A DNA stretch of 63,999 nucleotides, counting the filler, from Lenisia limosa (taxonomy: Eukaryota > Protista > Breviatea), in the NCBI GenBank assembly GCA_001655205.1. It is 15 parts of 15 records of this genome, joined end to end, with 100 filler letters (N's around TTAATTAATTAA, not from the genome) between each part and the next. Parts side by side here need not be neighbours in the genome. Positions count along the whole stretch, not along the records: positions 26,803 to 40,431 come from LPNZ01004551.1; positions 40,532 to 42,096 come from LPNZ01002113.1; 13 more parts are not named here. One strand, given 5' to 3'. The notes below the pieces were generated by a model that was not told the DNA's origin, did no database searches, and worked only from the letters and a program-made list of their open reading frames with translations. Below are positions 27,884 to 40,611 of the stretch, one piece after another. The position numbers were made by a program, and so were the translations under genes. Every line of letters begins with the position of its first letter. The first letter of the stretch is position 1.

Positions 27884-30800
27884 AGTTTTATAGTTTTCAA
27901 ATAGTTTTTTCCTAGTTTTCTTCTTGCACAGAGAAAAAAGGGGCTGAAAAGACAATGATTGGATGGGAAAAAAGGAAAAAAGAGAAGCGGGAGAAAACTG
28001 TTATGAAAACTAGATCATAGAGATCAACCATTGCTGCTTTCATTTTATCAAACGAGTAATCCAATTTCACCGGTCTCATACACCTTGTCCAAGGAGCTCC
28101 TGAGTGGGTTCATGGAATTTTATTGCAACTTTGCAATTTTAGGTTGATTGCTTGTGCTTTGTTGTTTTTGACTTTTACTTACACTTCCTGCCCAATTCCA
28201 GCCTCCTTGTCTTCTTTGTATCTTCCTCTCTTGTCTTCCTGTAAACTGCCCTTTTCCCCAGTCACAGTTCATCGTTTCACCTGATACCTCATATAATCAA
28301 ATAAATAATAAAATCCTAAATAAATAACACAATTTAACACCATAACCACAAGGCCAAGGAAGATTCACAAATTCACAACCACCTTCAAAACTAAAGCAAA
28401 TACACCCACGTAAGAGCCCCAATTACAACCGCCACCCCAGTCTTTTAGCTATTCGGACCTTCACAGCTTTGAGAGTTGTCAGTGAAAAGAGATCTGACAG
28501 GAACTGCACTTCCTCGGATGACTTAGCGGTGAGTTTTGAAAACGGTAACCCCAACCCAAGAACTATCAGCCATCTGAAGACAAAAACAAAAATAGCCTAA
28601 TCCTCCCACGGTCACAGCAGCGGGAAGGGGAGAGAAGCTGGGAGACTGGCTGTTGGGAGACTGGCTGTCGGTTGTGAGTTCATGTGACGCAATATTGTGA
28701 CATCATACAAAACTGTCTAACTGCCCCAGTTATCTGGATTGGCACCCTGCTACTTTCATTACATTTGCCAACATACATCAACAAGGGTCCGAGAGACGAC
28801 ACCGACGCCATGGATGCTGCACGTGACCTGGCCATAACTTTGAGGTGCAAAGAGATTCAAGGTTGTTTATGAGAATTAGAGCGTAAAGACCCTCCCCCTC
28901 ATCCTAGTCACCTTCCAACAGGATCCACCCCGGCCTGGGCAAGAGTTGTCGTGTGCGGTGAGGGCGGCACGTCCCACTGCCGATGCGCTACCGGGCTTTC
29001 GGAATACCCGGGTGATTCTGGGGNNNNNNNNNNNNNNNNNNNNNNNNNNNNNNNNNNNNNNNNNNNNNNNNNNNNNNNNNNNNNNNNNNNNNNNNNNNNN
29101 NNNNNNNNNNNNNNNNNNNNNNNNNNNNNNNNNNNNNNNNNNNNNNNNNNNNNNNNNNNNNNNNNNNNNNNAGGTTGGGAAGGCAGACACGAAAGCTCGG
29201 AAGGCATTGTGTCGGCATGCCGGGGGTCTTGGTTGGAGCGGGGGGACTGGATCGCACTGGGATATGAAAAAAGAAATTCGGTTCAGTCGCTTGTTTGAAG
29301 TTCCAAGCAAGAAGTACCTGAAAAGCTCCCGAGCTGCAGATCGAAGAATGGTTTGTTGAGGCTCCATTCGGCTCACAGCAACAGTGGATGATACCTAGGG
29401 TATTATTTAAACGACGCAACTTCAGCAAATACCCACGGCCTCACAATAGGTACATACTTACCTCGGGATTGTCTCTTTTCTGCGGACCTGTCACTTCAAT
29501 ATGCACCTTTTCGTACACGTCATCATGGGACCACGGCACTCGTTGGTGCTCCCAAGTTCGGTTGAAACGGCCCTGGAACGCATCAACCTCCTCAGAACTG
29601 GGGGTGAAGCCATGCGGAACACACAGAACGTTTCTTTCATAAGCACCATCGTATCTGTCATCGCCATCTGCTGATGTGCAGACTGATGAATCTTCCGCAT
29701 CCGAATCAGGAGGAGTGCCGAGTAAGATGTTAATGGACTGGGGACTTGACCGCGACGCATGCAAGGGCGCTGCTGATGGTTTTGACAGGATTTGTGCAGT
29801 CTGCTCTGTCGGGACAATTGGGTCGGTATACACGATTTCTCTGGGCCTTGGAGTGCCGACATTAGTGTTCTCGTCTGCCTCGGGAGCCGCTGAGAGGATT
29901 TCTGTGATTGTGAGCATGGCGAATCAATACCGATGTTCGCACCATGTTACCTTGTTTACGGCCAATGAGCAGCACATCCCCCACAAACTTTTTTCTGCCA
30001 TTGCGGAATACGTCATACGCTGCTCAGCTAGGTAAGCGGCTGACTCGAAAATGGACTGTCGCGATCTCTTCCTGGGGGGGTCAAGTACAGACTGCATATC
30101 TTGTATCGTAAATAGGGAGGTAATAGTACAATGAACTTCAAAAACACACAAAAAAGTGTTTCTTTCGAAGACAGTTGGTGAGGACTAACGGTTAACGAAA
30201 AGATGATTGAGACCAAGGGCACCTTGAGATGAAGCTTCGAATGGCCAACACCACAACGCCACCGTAAAACGCATTGTTGAACTGGCGCAGTGTTCGCCTG
30301 CATTGATGAATCTCACCAAAGCCATCAAGACCAAGAAATACGCTACAGAGGCCCTACCAGAAATGCTGCTTTTCTCTGTGACGGTACCACTGTTTTTGGA
30401 TAGCTATTGCAGCGCTTTCCTTTCTATGAGGGTCATTCAAATCGGTTACAAGGGGAGGTAGGTGCATGTGAACCAATAAAGATGAAGCCGCTAGTATTGA
30501 CCACCTACTTCAATTGGAGAAGGTGAAAGCGGAATTTCCACCAGAGTTGAAGGAAGCAGATAAACTCTCGTATTCGCCTGTGTTATTATTGTAACAGTGG
30601 ACATGCCTTGCATTATTTTATCTACTAAACGCCCGGCTCACTTGAAAGCCATTCGTTGAGCTGTCATTCTCCAAAATGCAGCCAGATGTGACGCCGCCTC
30701 ATGCCTCCGGTCCAAGGTGCTCCGGGACCTGCAGATGGTTATTGCCAGGAGATGTACCGATATCCACGTGATGGTTCACTTGATGGATTGCACAAGCATT

Positions 30801-31387
30801 ATTCCATAAACCCCCGCACTGCTCCACAAGCCTCCAATATTCGGCCTCGTGTGAACGAACAACAAAGTCCAAATGCTCGGAATCTTGGAGACTCGCATTG
30901 ATGCGGTCTGAAAGGGCATCATGGGGGTGGATAAGCAACATCAGAGGCTGCTTTTTGAAATAGTAAGTAAGGCACCATATCTCTACACACACATTTCTAC
31001 CAATCTCATATCCCCTTACGTATAAAGCTATCGGGCAGCTGGAGGCGACGACGGTTCATGAAGCCCTCAACTTGGGCAGGCTCCAAGGAGGCAACCCTAG
31101 CAAAGCCGTCTTCCAATCTACAGCGTCAGCAGTACTCTATTGGAAAATGCTGATTCATCCGAAAGCAGGACCCACAAAGGCTTGCCCCAGGCCCTCGCCA
31201 ATTGTCCAGCAAGGGCGTCTGCGCAACTGTGGCGTGAGGCTGAAGGGTTTAGAACGTGACCTTGTGAGTTCATAAACTCCAACAAGATCCCTCCCACCAT
31301 TAGCTTGTCTGAAAAGAAGCCTCATCTGAAAGTCCCAAACAAGTTGGCTTGGGATAGTCGATCCGGTCCTTTGAAAGTAAAAAATAA

Positions 31388-31474
31388 ACCTCGATCACCC
31401 CAATTAGCATGGATACACCTCGATCACCCCAATTAGCATGGATACACCTCGATCACCCCAATTAGTATGAATAC
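31388..31474. repeat. 29-bp minisatellite, three copies
   Basis: ACCTCGATCACCCCAATTAGCATGGATAC starts at 31388, 31417 and 31446, with no spacers. Confidence 0.9.
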
Positions 31475-34400
31475 GCAACCGAATTGCCAATAGCTACAGG
31501 AGCTGACAAATATATTATTGTTTACCTAATGTGATAACCACACGACATTGCCCCACGATATGATGACATCACTCGGTCGGGTTGCCCAAGCCGGGGCGTG
31601 AAGTTTCACATTTTCAGTCTCTGTCAGCGGAATATGACTCCTTTGGGGGTGAGCGGGTAGCAACTGTGAAGTTGTTCCAAAGCTATACGCAATACCCCTC
31701 CCACGGAGATAAGGGACTCGGAGGAATTTGAGCATTTGGACCCGTGTTGAGATGGCAGCTCCAGAGGGCAGAAGAGGCACTAGAATCGAAGGCGCATCCG
31801 GGGGCATCAGGGGACGAGAGTTCGGCCCACACGGCATGGCTGACCGAAAGAGCTGCAGACTTCTGGGGGGTACAGACCTCTTTGGCTGTGAGGAAGGCGG
31901 CTAGAGAACCTCTTTTGAGCTCCACCCTGTGGAATAAGACATGCCCAACTATAAACGTCCAAAATGAAACAATCCAGGAGCCCACTCGAACGCGTTGCTG
32001 TCAGCTGCCCATAGGACAGCCACTATCGCCATTCGAGTTGCCCGACCAAACATTTCGCTCACTTCGTAGGGGGGCTGAGGGTCGAGTCAATTAACAACAT
32101 ACTATTTGGTAAATTTATGTGAAGCGAAGAGAAAGGCCCAACACAATAGACAAAAGGGAGGATGCAACAAATCAAACGAGCCTCAGCCTTATGCCCCAAA
32201 CCTCGCAGGCAGTAATGGACTTGGTCATGACCATTCGTGAGATGCGCAGCGCACCCCAGGATTCGTAAAGGTCGCATAGGGATGAGGGATGCATGTCTGC
32301 TGGCAGATAGCAAATCCAAGACCTGAGGCGGTGAGCGTCCAAAAAGACCAAAAGACACCAAGAAATGCTGAGTATAATTTTTGCTTCGGAATAATTAAGA
32401 AAGATTAGATCTCCACACACAATATAAAAGGTATGCTGAAGTATCCCAAAGTTGTCGGTAAATGATCGTGGAAATATATTTCCATAATCAATAAAGGTGT
32501 AGAAAGCTTCGTCCACAAAGTGCCCACCTAAATGTCGTCACAAGGTGCAAGTGGCTCAATCCAGCTCCTTCAGTGGTCACACCTAGTAGCTCCTCTTCAA
32601 CAAACCCGTCATCAGCTATCACTGCTGGCTTGTTTGCAGGGCGGACAGTGCGTTGACTGCTAAGTTATTTGGACTGTCAGAAGTAGCGATGTTCTTCAAT
32701 ATCGAAATACAAATGATAGGGAGGATTTAGTGTAACCTTATCCTATCAATGATATGAGCGTGCAATAACTTGAATCATTGCCATCCTTTCCTTCCTGTTT
32801 AGCCAATAACCTTGATGAAACAGGACGGGCACGGGAGCAAAACTCAGACCACCATGTGAGAGACTCCGAATTCCTAAAGAGGGTGAGGTGAGGTCGGGGG
32901 TAAAATCTCTACAAAACTACGTAACCTGATTGTGATGACAGCTTTCTTCCTTCATAGAAATTATCCTCATCGAACCTTGACAGTTGGATTTGGACAAGGC
33001 GTTGGAGGAGGGGGTCAAGCAGTGCTGGTGACACGGCCAAGCCTGGGGGTAAAAGATGTTCCAAGGGTTCAATATTGACCTGTTTGCTTACCAGCTTCTG
33101 TGACGCGAAGCCACTCATCGGCGTACTACAGAAAATTACTTGTCCAGTCATGATAATATTATTCGTCAATATTTTTCCAGTCATGAGGAAACTCGTTTCA
33201 CAAAAAACAGACATATCATAGGGAACAAAACAAAACGAAACCACATTCCCTACCATTTTATCGGAAACAGAGGGCTCAGCGCCGACCCAGTTGCAGAAGA
33301 AGTTTTTGAGATGGGCAGGGTACTGACCATTTGAGTCGCTACGCTAATGTGAGCACAGTAGGTATTTCTACACAGTATTCCCATTAAACATCACTCGTTT
33401 ATTTTGGATAATATCTAAAATCCCGTCTTTTCAAAAATGCAAGTACCCCCCACCAGCTCAGACCAGCAAAACGATTCCTCAAGCCTGGCCTGGCGAACAC
33501 CGCTCTATCGGCCTCAGTCAGGTGCCACACCAGGCCTTTCTTCTGTCTGGTCCATTGAGGGGGGTCTGCATTGGATTATAAATGCATATCGATATATATA
33601 TCATTTGAGGTACCACTTCGCAATTTAATGATTATGAATTGACACAAGCAATATTACATAAAGAACCAAGTTTGCAGAACGTATTGACACAATTCACAAC
33701 TCACGGATATCCACAAGGATCGGAAGATCACTGATCACAGACTTCGCCTCAGCAACTTGTCGGGATGACTGAGTGGGGGGGGGGGGGNNNNNNNNNNNNN
33801 NNNNNNNNNNNNNNNNNNNNNNNNNNNNNNNNNNNNNNNNNNNNNNNNNNNNNNNNNTTCTGCCCAATGGAAGAGGCGCATGTTTTGGCCAGTTCAGTCA
33901 GAGTCACCAGCATGACATTGAGGTCATTTTCCGAGAGCTCGTTCTTTTTTGATATTGCCTGACGCAGTTAAGATTGCTTAAGTCAACATCAGTAACTCCA
34001 AATAAAGCCCTAAACCAAACGTCAACAATTTTCAGTATGTCACGAGTGGTTACAACTTCTCGTAAGTCAAGCCTAGAATGTCAACTACTTCTCCCTGGAG
34101 CTGAAACTAATGGTGCAACAGACCATGAAGAGAGTTTCTGAGGGAAGCTGGCAACAGTGATTGGAAGGTACTGCGCCCATTCCTCCAAAACAGCCCTGCT
34201 GTGGACACTGTAAATAGAAGCAATATCGGCAAACTGCCCATTCTGAGTGGGAATCCACGGGACTGTTCGGAGTACCTGGGGAGGGGAGCTCAATGATTGT
34301 ATCATTAAATCCATAGAAAAAGACTCAAGCAGCATCCTTGTCAGACAACATGAAGCCTGGTTACAACCCTAGACGAAAGGCTGTACCTGCCAGACGCCGT

Positions 34401-34962
34401 CCGCGTACCTGGTACAGTTCTCGAGACGATGATTTGAAAGGCACGGCAGTGTGGCAGTGTAGGAGCCAGTGGATCAGAGCATGAGACATTCGCAATACTG
34501 GCGGTGAAATGATGCGTCTTCACAGAACCATTATTCAAAACAATTTATAGTGGGGATGAAATTGAGAAACAAACTAGGGAGTAATCAAACTAACTTTTGG
34601 ACAATGAAAGCTCCTTCCTTCCACAGCCACTCACAATCTTCATGATGTACGGCTTTGATAAGAGTTCTTGAGAGCCACAAAGGACCCAAAGTGATCCCGT
34701 TTGCCGCCTTGACCGGTCTGAGGGTTGGTAGGTCGTCTATGGGGTAGGATGAATCGCGTAAGGATATACTCTGATAAGTAAAAACTGTGTACATCGGAGT
34801 TTGGGAGGAATTTTTTTTACACCATATTCCTCCACCAACTTGCAGAGAAGACAATTTTCAGCCAGGCAACTCGTTCCAAATACTAAATACTCATTAGAGG
34901 ACTCAAAACAAATGATTTTCATGGCATCCAGAGGTAGAATTAGCTTTTTACCACCACAATTA

Positions 34963-35058
34963 GGGCTTCACTTCGGTTCGAAAAAGACCGGTAAAATATC
35001 GGTAGTTGTCGAGGATTTATCGAGAAATTCAGTCTTCTTTCGAACCGAAGTGAAGCCC
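34963..35058. mobile_element. MITE family A, 96-bp reference copy, TA-flanked, inside the NOV-like gene region
   Basis: TA|GGGCTTCACTTCGGTTCGAAAAAGAC...GTCTTCTTTCGAACCGAAGTGAAGCCC|TA. Other A copies: 20349-20439, 41185-41279, 46714-46809, 47120-47186, 50185-50280, 50784-50878; partial near 53772. Confidence 0.88.
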
Positions 35059-37611
35059 TAATCACAATATATTAAACTTGGCTTACCTGGTCTGTTCCAT
35101 CGCAGTCACGAAAGAGCTCAGATGTCGCTATATGCACTGGATAAGTGCTGGATCCTGAAAGTAATGCGTGAAACAAGGTGGTGCTAATACTGTGTCTTTC
35201 CAACCTTTCCCCTTTTTATAGAAACCTATCAACAAGTCCAGGCAGCACACCCACCGTTAACGAGCAAATCAGGCCAAAGCGGTTCACAGCAGCGTGGTAG
35301 CATTAACTGAATAATCAAGCATAGCAGACCACAAATATGATGGAATCTTAAAATGTATAATACATGTATGAAATACCTGTCTTCCCTCACCTGTGAAAAG
35401 GGGTCAACTGTTTTAGTCTGAGCAGGGGGGTTGACAAGCACAACCCTCATATCTTCAGTGACACACGGCCGGGCTGTGGGGGGGGGGGGGTNNNNNNNNN
35501 NNNNNNNNNNNNNNNNNNNNNNNNNNNNNNNNNNNNNNNNNNNNNNNNNNNNNNNNNNNNNNNNNNNNNNNNNNNNNNNNTTCATCAACAGTTCAGAAGC
35601 TTTGTCTGATATTGATGAGAGCCCAGTAGCTCACGAGATGCGTTTTGACTAAACTCAAGGCCATCTGCCTCGGGATGAAGATTGCACAAGAACAGCAGCC
35701 CTTCCAAAACCTTTAGAGTGAAAAACATCAGGGTTAACAGCGGCAGAGAAAGCCTTTCTAAGCCTTTATCAACTGCCTCGAAGGGAATAAGTGCCTATTG
35801 TTTGCTACAAGCCCCCACACCTGACTAGGATCATTGAGAGAGGCCAGCTTCTTAAGAGCAGAGGCACAGAAGAGAGGCACAGAAAACTCCCGGACCCTGG
35901 CTTCGAGTCAATTCTGTATTCTTCTATCTTGTTCAGGAGTCTCTAGCGCTGGGCACGCTTTTTTAAGGAAATTATATTTCTGGCTCCATTGAATTTAATA
36001 ATGATATGTTCTATCCCCAGATTATTTTAAATGTAGTTTCTTTTTTAGATATCGAATCACGTTACCATTTTGCATACCCAGTTGCGTGCATGAGCCACGT
36101 TTGCGTCGCCATGCACGCCGTCCAGTACTCCGGTTTCAGAATCCGGGCCGGCTTGATACCGCATGTTTCAGGGGGGACCGGAAGGGACGCGCCTTTTCGA
36201 ATGTAGATTTCGCGTGCCGGGCTTGAGACACCTGTGAAGGTTACGCAACCATCGCCTGGGCAAACCGGGAGTTTTCATTGAGCTGGGGGTGTTTGTCGAG
36301 GAGTGGAGCTTTTTTGGGGTGAGGAACGCGTCCTAGAGGTCAGCAGGTCAGGTGGATAGAGGTTTAACTGAGGGCAAGAAATCCAGAGCCAACTGATGGG
36401 CAAACCTCTTCAATCAAAAGAGCCTTATTGATGGCTTTGAGTGGGGTGTGAAATTCAGCAGGTCTGGCAAATGTCTTCGTTGGTGTTGGGGGGAATGATC
36501 TAAGTGATCTAAGTGATCCAATGGATAACGATAAACAACAGTGCCACGGGGCAAAGAATGTTGGACGATACCCAAAAGCACCCCTCGGACTTGGCGGGAG
36601 TAGAGGGTGCTGATGAGCGGAGTAGAACGGCCTCGGAAAGAAAGTACACTGGGTCCTGAGGGCTTGATGTGCATGGTAGCTCATCTGCCGGGTGAGTGTG
36701 GCAAACTTGAAGAGCTTGTGTCAAATTAAGTAAAAGAAGTACCCCCATGTAAAATAACGCCTTCAATAAAGAGCAGATGCAAACCGGATTCGGTGATAAG
36801 AAGCGGAGCTGTCAGCAAACATCTTTTGTTAGTCTGTTGTCATAAAGGGAAGTTGGGCAGAAGTCCTTCCATTCACGCCTCATGCTATAGTATGGCCGAC
36901 AACAGACACTGTAAGGGTCTAAGGGCTTCCCTTGGACCTACCTGGTTTTCTGGCCACTCAGCCAAGACGGCTATGACCTCTGAGTAGCGAGCAGGTGAGA
37001 GCAGATGAAGCCATGGCGTCTTTTGGGTCAGAGAGAGGACGGACAGGGTATCAAAGCCCCCCCCCCCCCACAGTTGTAATGATATCTAACACGTCTTCGA
37101 AGGAACACTTCACGACGCCGATGACTGAAAGCTGTTTTGCGTAGAGGTGAGCTGCCTGACGGTTAACAGGAGTCAGTGGCAGGCTTGGTGGACTGTACAA
37201 GTTATTAAGGTGGCAAGCAGGGTTCCCAAAGGAGGGTCCTAACCAGGAGAGTGAGTCCAGCGCTTCAAGAAGAGGAAGGGGGAAAATGCGGCTTGTTTCA
37301 ACTCTCGCAAAAGACTGGAGGGAGGATGAACAATTGATAATTTGGGGAGATTCGGAGTTCTTGAATAACTATTGACTAGCAGGGCAACCCTCCATGACAT
37401 ACTGAGATATGGGATACAGCATGGTCAACAAGAACACTGTTCTCCAAAGATAGTGCCTTCGTTATTTCATCATTCACAGGCTTTAGGAAACCCTAAATCA
37501 TGAGTTTTATCAAAAACTTGAACAACACGCATGTGTTTCCTTGAAGGCATTACCATATTAGGAGAAGTAGGAATCCATTTGTAGCAGTGCTGAGGCTGGG
37601 ATAGCGGGTGT

Positions 37612-39760
37612 TCATTGGAGGAAGGGATCTAATATGTTAGCATGGCGGCCCAAGTCGTTGGAGTTTCTCATTATACAGTTCTTGAGATCTACGACGGTGA
37701 TCTTCGCCCATCTCACCATATTCAGGTGTTTGAAGAAGGCTTTGACAGCGGTTGTGACAATACTGTCTCTCAACCAGATGTTCCATGGCCTATCCACAAG
37801 AACACTGTGATGGAGAGAATCTGTCAAAAAAAAAAAATCTAACACAAAGTAGCCATAATGGGAATAACATGAATCTTCAAAGCATCCGTTCAATATGCTC
37901 ACCTCTCGCGGGATGCAGGAAGGAGGAAGTCTGCGTTGCATATGAAGGGAAGCGTGCTTGCCACCGCTGTTGGCAGGAAGGCAAACAACGGGTAATCCTA
38001 CGTGTTCAAACCAGCTAATGTCCGGACTGAGAGCCTTTGTTGAGATCATGAAGCTTACATTGCAGTCTTTAGAGAGGGGTAAGGCAACACTCACGCTGGT
38101 CTCATCCAAAGCTCTTTTTGCATCATCCAAGGTTTGTGGGACCTTCGAGAGGATTAAATAGGTGTATCAATGGAAGTGGAGGCGACGAGTAGGGATGACC
38201 TATCACCTGGATAACTTCATTGTACACCCAGTAGTCATGAACAGTGTGTTCTTGGCTGGTTGTGTTCTGGAGATGTCAGTCCATAATATCCCATGATCTA
38301 AAGAGAGGATAATATACATTGCCTCAAATGTGAACGGTTCACTTCTGTCAGAAAACACATCCGATTGAATATGAATGTATTGCCACACTTACAAGTAGCG
38401 ATATGGTTCTTCGGTTATAGTACGAAAAAGTATCCTTTCGCGACATTGACACTAAATGTTGGTGTGAAGAAAGGAGAATACACAGACTACACCAGTCCAT
38501 TTCACAGCCCACCTTTCCGCCCATTTCACAGCCCACCTTTCCTAGGGGTATTCAGATAGCCGCTGAGTCGACTCATTTGACTACCTTTATCCGTGACTGT
38601 CCTACAGGTGTAAAATAACCTCGGTCAGAAATGGCACAAGAAGTCGCTTATCCTCTCACAGTTCTTTGATTTGCCTCAAGAAAAGAAGAAACTCGGGCAT
38701 CAGCTGATCCAATGATTCAGATACCTATTTGTGAGATATGTGAGATCAAATCATGCCCTCTCACGAGGTCCACCGCGTCTGGTTTAAGAGGTAAGGCAAT
38801 AACTGTCGTGAACCTGGCTGAGCTTCCTTGTGCTCTTTGCTGAATGTTGTCCCGAATGTCCCTCTGTGAGATGTAGTTAGTTGCAATAGTACTCTTCTGG
38901 TTCAGCACAGTTTCCCCAAAAAGTTGCAGTGCTTGTGGACGAAATTGAAGCTATAGGGTACAACAAGCTCCACCCACCGGCATGACATAGGGTACAACAA
39001 AGCCAAGACCACACTCCAGATCCGGTGATTCATCAAGACAGAACGCATATCCAAGAGATATCACACAAGGCCGTTTGGATACTAAACAGTTAGCAGATGA
39101 TATTAGCTTCTTGAGAAATCCCGAGACTGGCTTACCTAAAAAGCAACTCTTAAAACCCAGGCCCTTTTCTCCCGTTGTGTTAGCAGCCCGGGTGGAGGTT
39201 TTCGTAGATAATCCGACAGAGCAAAGGGACGTAACATCTGACGCTTGGAACCCCATCTACAAGGGTGTCATCAATTAATTAGATTGTTTTGTTTTTGTTT
39301 GGCAAGAGCAAAGACTGCAGTGGTGGACGACATCACTAATAATACATCTTGCCAACCTCATTGTTAGTGATCAACAGGCAGCCGCAGGCACCAGGGGTGG
39401 ATGTCGGGTCCTCCGAAGAAACCACTATAGTGATACGCGCAAGATCACCGTCATCTTCTGTCTGAGGAAAGAGTGAAGGGTTTTAAAGGTGTGCGCTTCA
39501 AGACGCCAGGAAAAGATGAAATGTCTAAGCAATAGGAGCTGTCAGAGCCTCCAATTCTCATCAAATGGAACATCCACAGTTAGCACATACATTTTGGTAG
39601 AGATTGTCATCAGCGTTTTGAAGAATTTCATGAAGAAAATGGGCACGACTACAAATTAATAAATAGCAAGTCCATGACACCCAGCGTGTTTAGAACTACA
39701 ATCTACTCACCTGGTATAAAGGCCGACAGCAAGTTGTTCAACTGACGCCTATCTTGTGAG
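37612..39760 (-). CDS. NO VEIN / sacsin-like GHKL ATPase domain protein (core shown; the gene probably spans much of 32900-40100)
   Basis: Exons HFLHEILQNADD, LLITNNE|MGFQASDVTSLCSVGLSTKT...GEKGLGFKSCF, LGFVVP, TTVIALPLK, PEFLLFLRQIKEL, YPLFAFLPT...LPFICNADFLLPASRE and DRPWNIWLRD match the motif order I know for NOV/sacsin-type ATPases. Confidence 0.85.
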
Positions 39761-39929
39761 GAGGAGAACAAAATCAACAACTCTACTGCTTTGTGCATTA
39801 ACCAAGATAGCAGATTATTCAAGCCCCTAACCTGTAGGTCGAACCTCAGAGGGTTTAGATTGGCCCGGGATTCGAAGACAGGAGCAGGCATTTCATGCCC
39901 ATTCCACTGATGAATAAGCATAAGAACAA

Positions 39930-40037
39930 CAGAAGATGATAGCATCACTTGAGCATCGCAACCACCAAAGTGAAGGTGATAGCATCACAACCATAAAAGT
40001 GAAGATGATAGCATCACAACCACAAAAGTGAAGATGG
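39930..40037. repeat. 29-bp minisatellite, about 3.5 copies
   Basis: GTGAAG(A/G)TGATAGCATCACAACC anchors at 39970, 39999 and 40028. Confidence 0.8.
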
Positions 40038-40611
40038 ACCTCAGACGTCAAGACTGGGCAGAGTGGAGATTCTGAATGACCCCCCCCCCCNNNNNNNNNN
40101 NNNNNNNNNNNNNNNNNNNNNNNNNNNNNNNNNNNNNNNNNNNNNNNNNNNNNNNNNNNNNNNNNNNNNNNNNNNNNNNNNNNNNNNNNNNNNNNNNNNN
40201 NNNNNNNNNNNNNNNNNNNNNNNNNNNNTGATCTCCGATACATGGGCGTTTGCCTTGACTATCGGGTCTTCTAAAAATGTGATGCTAATGCAGAACCACA
40301 GGGAGCGACGTTAAAAAGGATATTGATGATAGAACTATGACTATACCCAATTCCACTAGTGATAGGAGCATATGACCAACTTTTTAGACGATTGTCAAAA
40401 AGTTGCTGAGATGAACAATTTCATGGCAGTGNNNNNNNNNNNNNNNNNNNNNNNNNNNNNNNNNNNNNNNNNNNNTTAATTAATTAANNNNNNNNNNNNN
40501 NNNNNNNNNNNNNNNNNNNNNNNNNNNNNNNGGGGGGGAGTAAAAATTGGAAAGTGAAAAGTCATAAATTATTTGGGTTTATTAATGCTTCATAGTTATC
40601 CCTACCTGATT

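Noticed and set aside
31388-31474. 29-bp repeats (also the 23-, 29- and 40-bp arrays elsewhere) as CRISPR arrays
   Set aside because: Units are contiguous with no unique spacers, and there are no cas genes. They are minisatellites.
35087-35098. CTTACCTGG resembling the U1 snRNA 5' end
   Set aside because: It is the reverse complement of an ordinary CCAG|GTAAG donor on the minus strand, with no U1 body.
36084-36118. 9-bp stem GCGTGCATG/CATGCACGC
   Set aside because: It is short, single-copy and lies in a probable minus-strand exon; compatible with chance.
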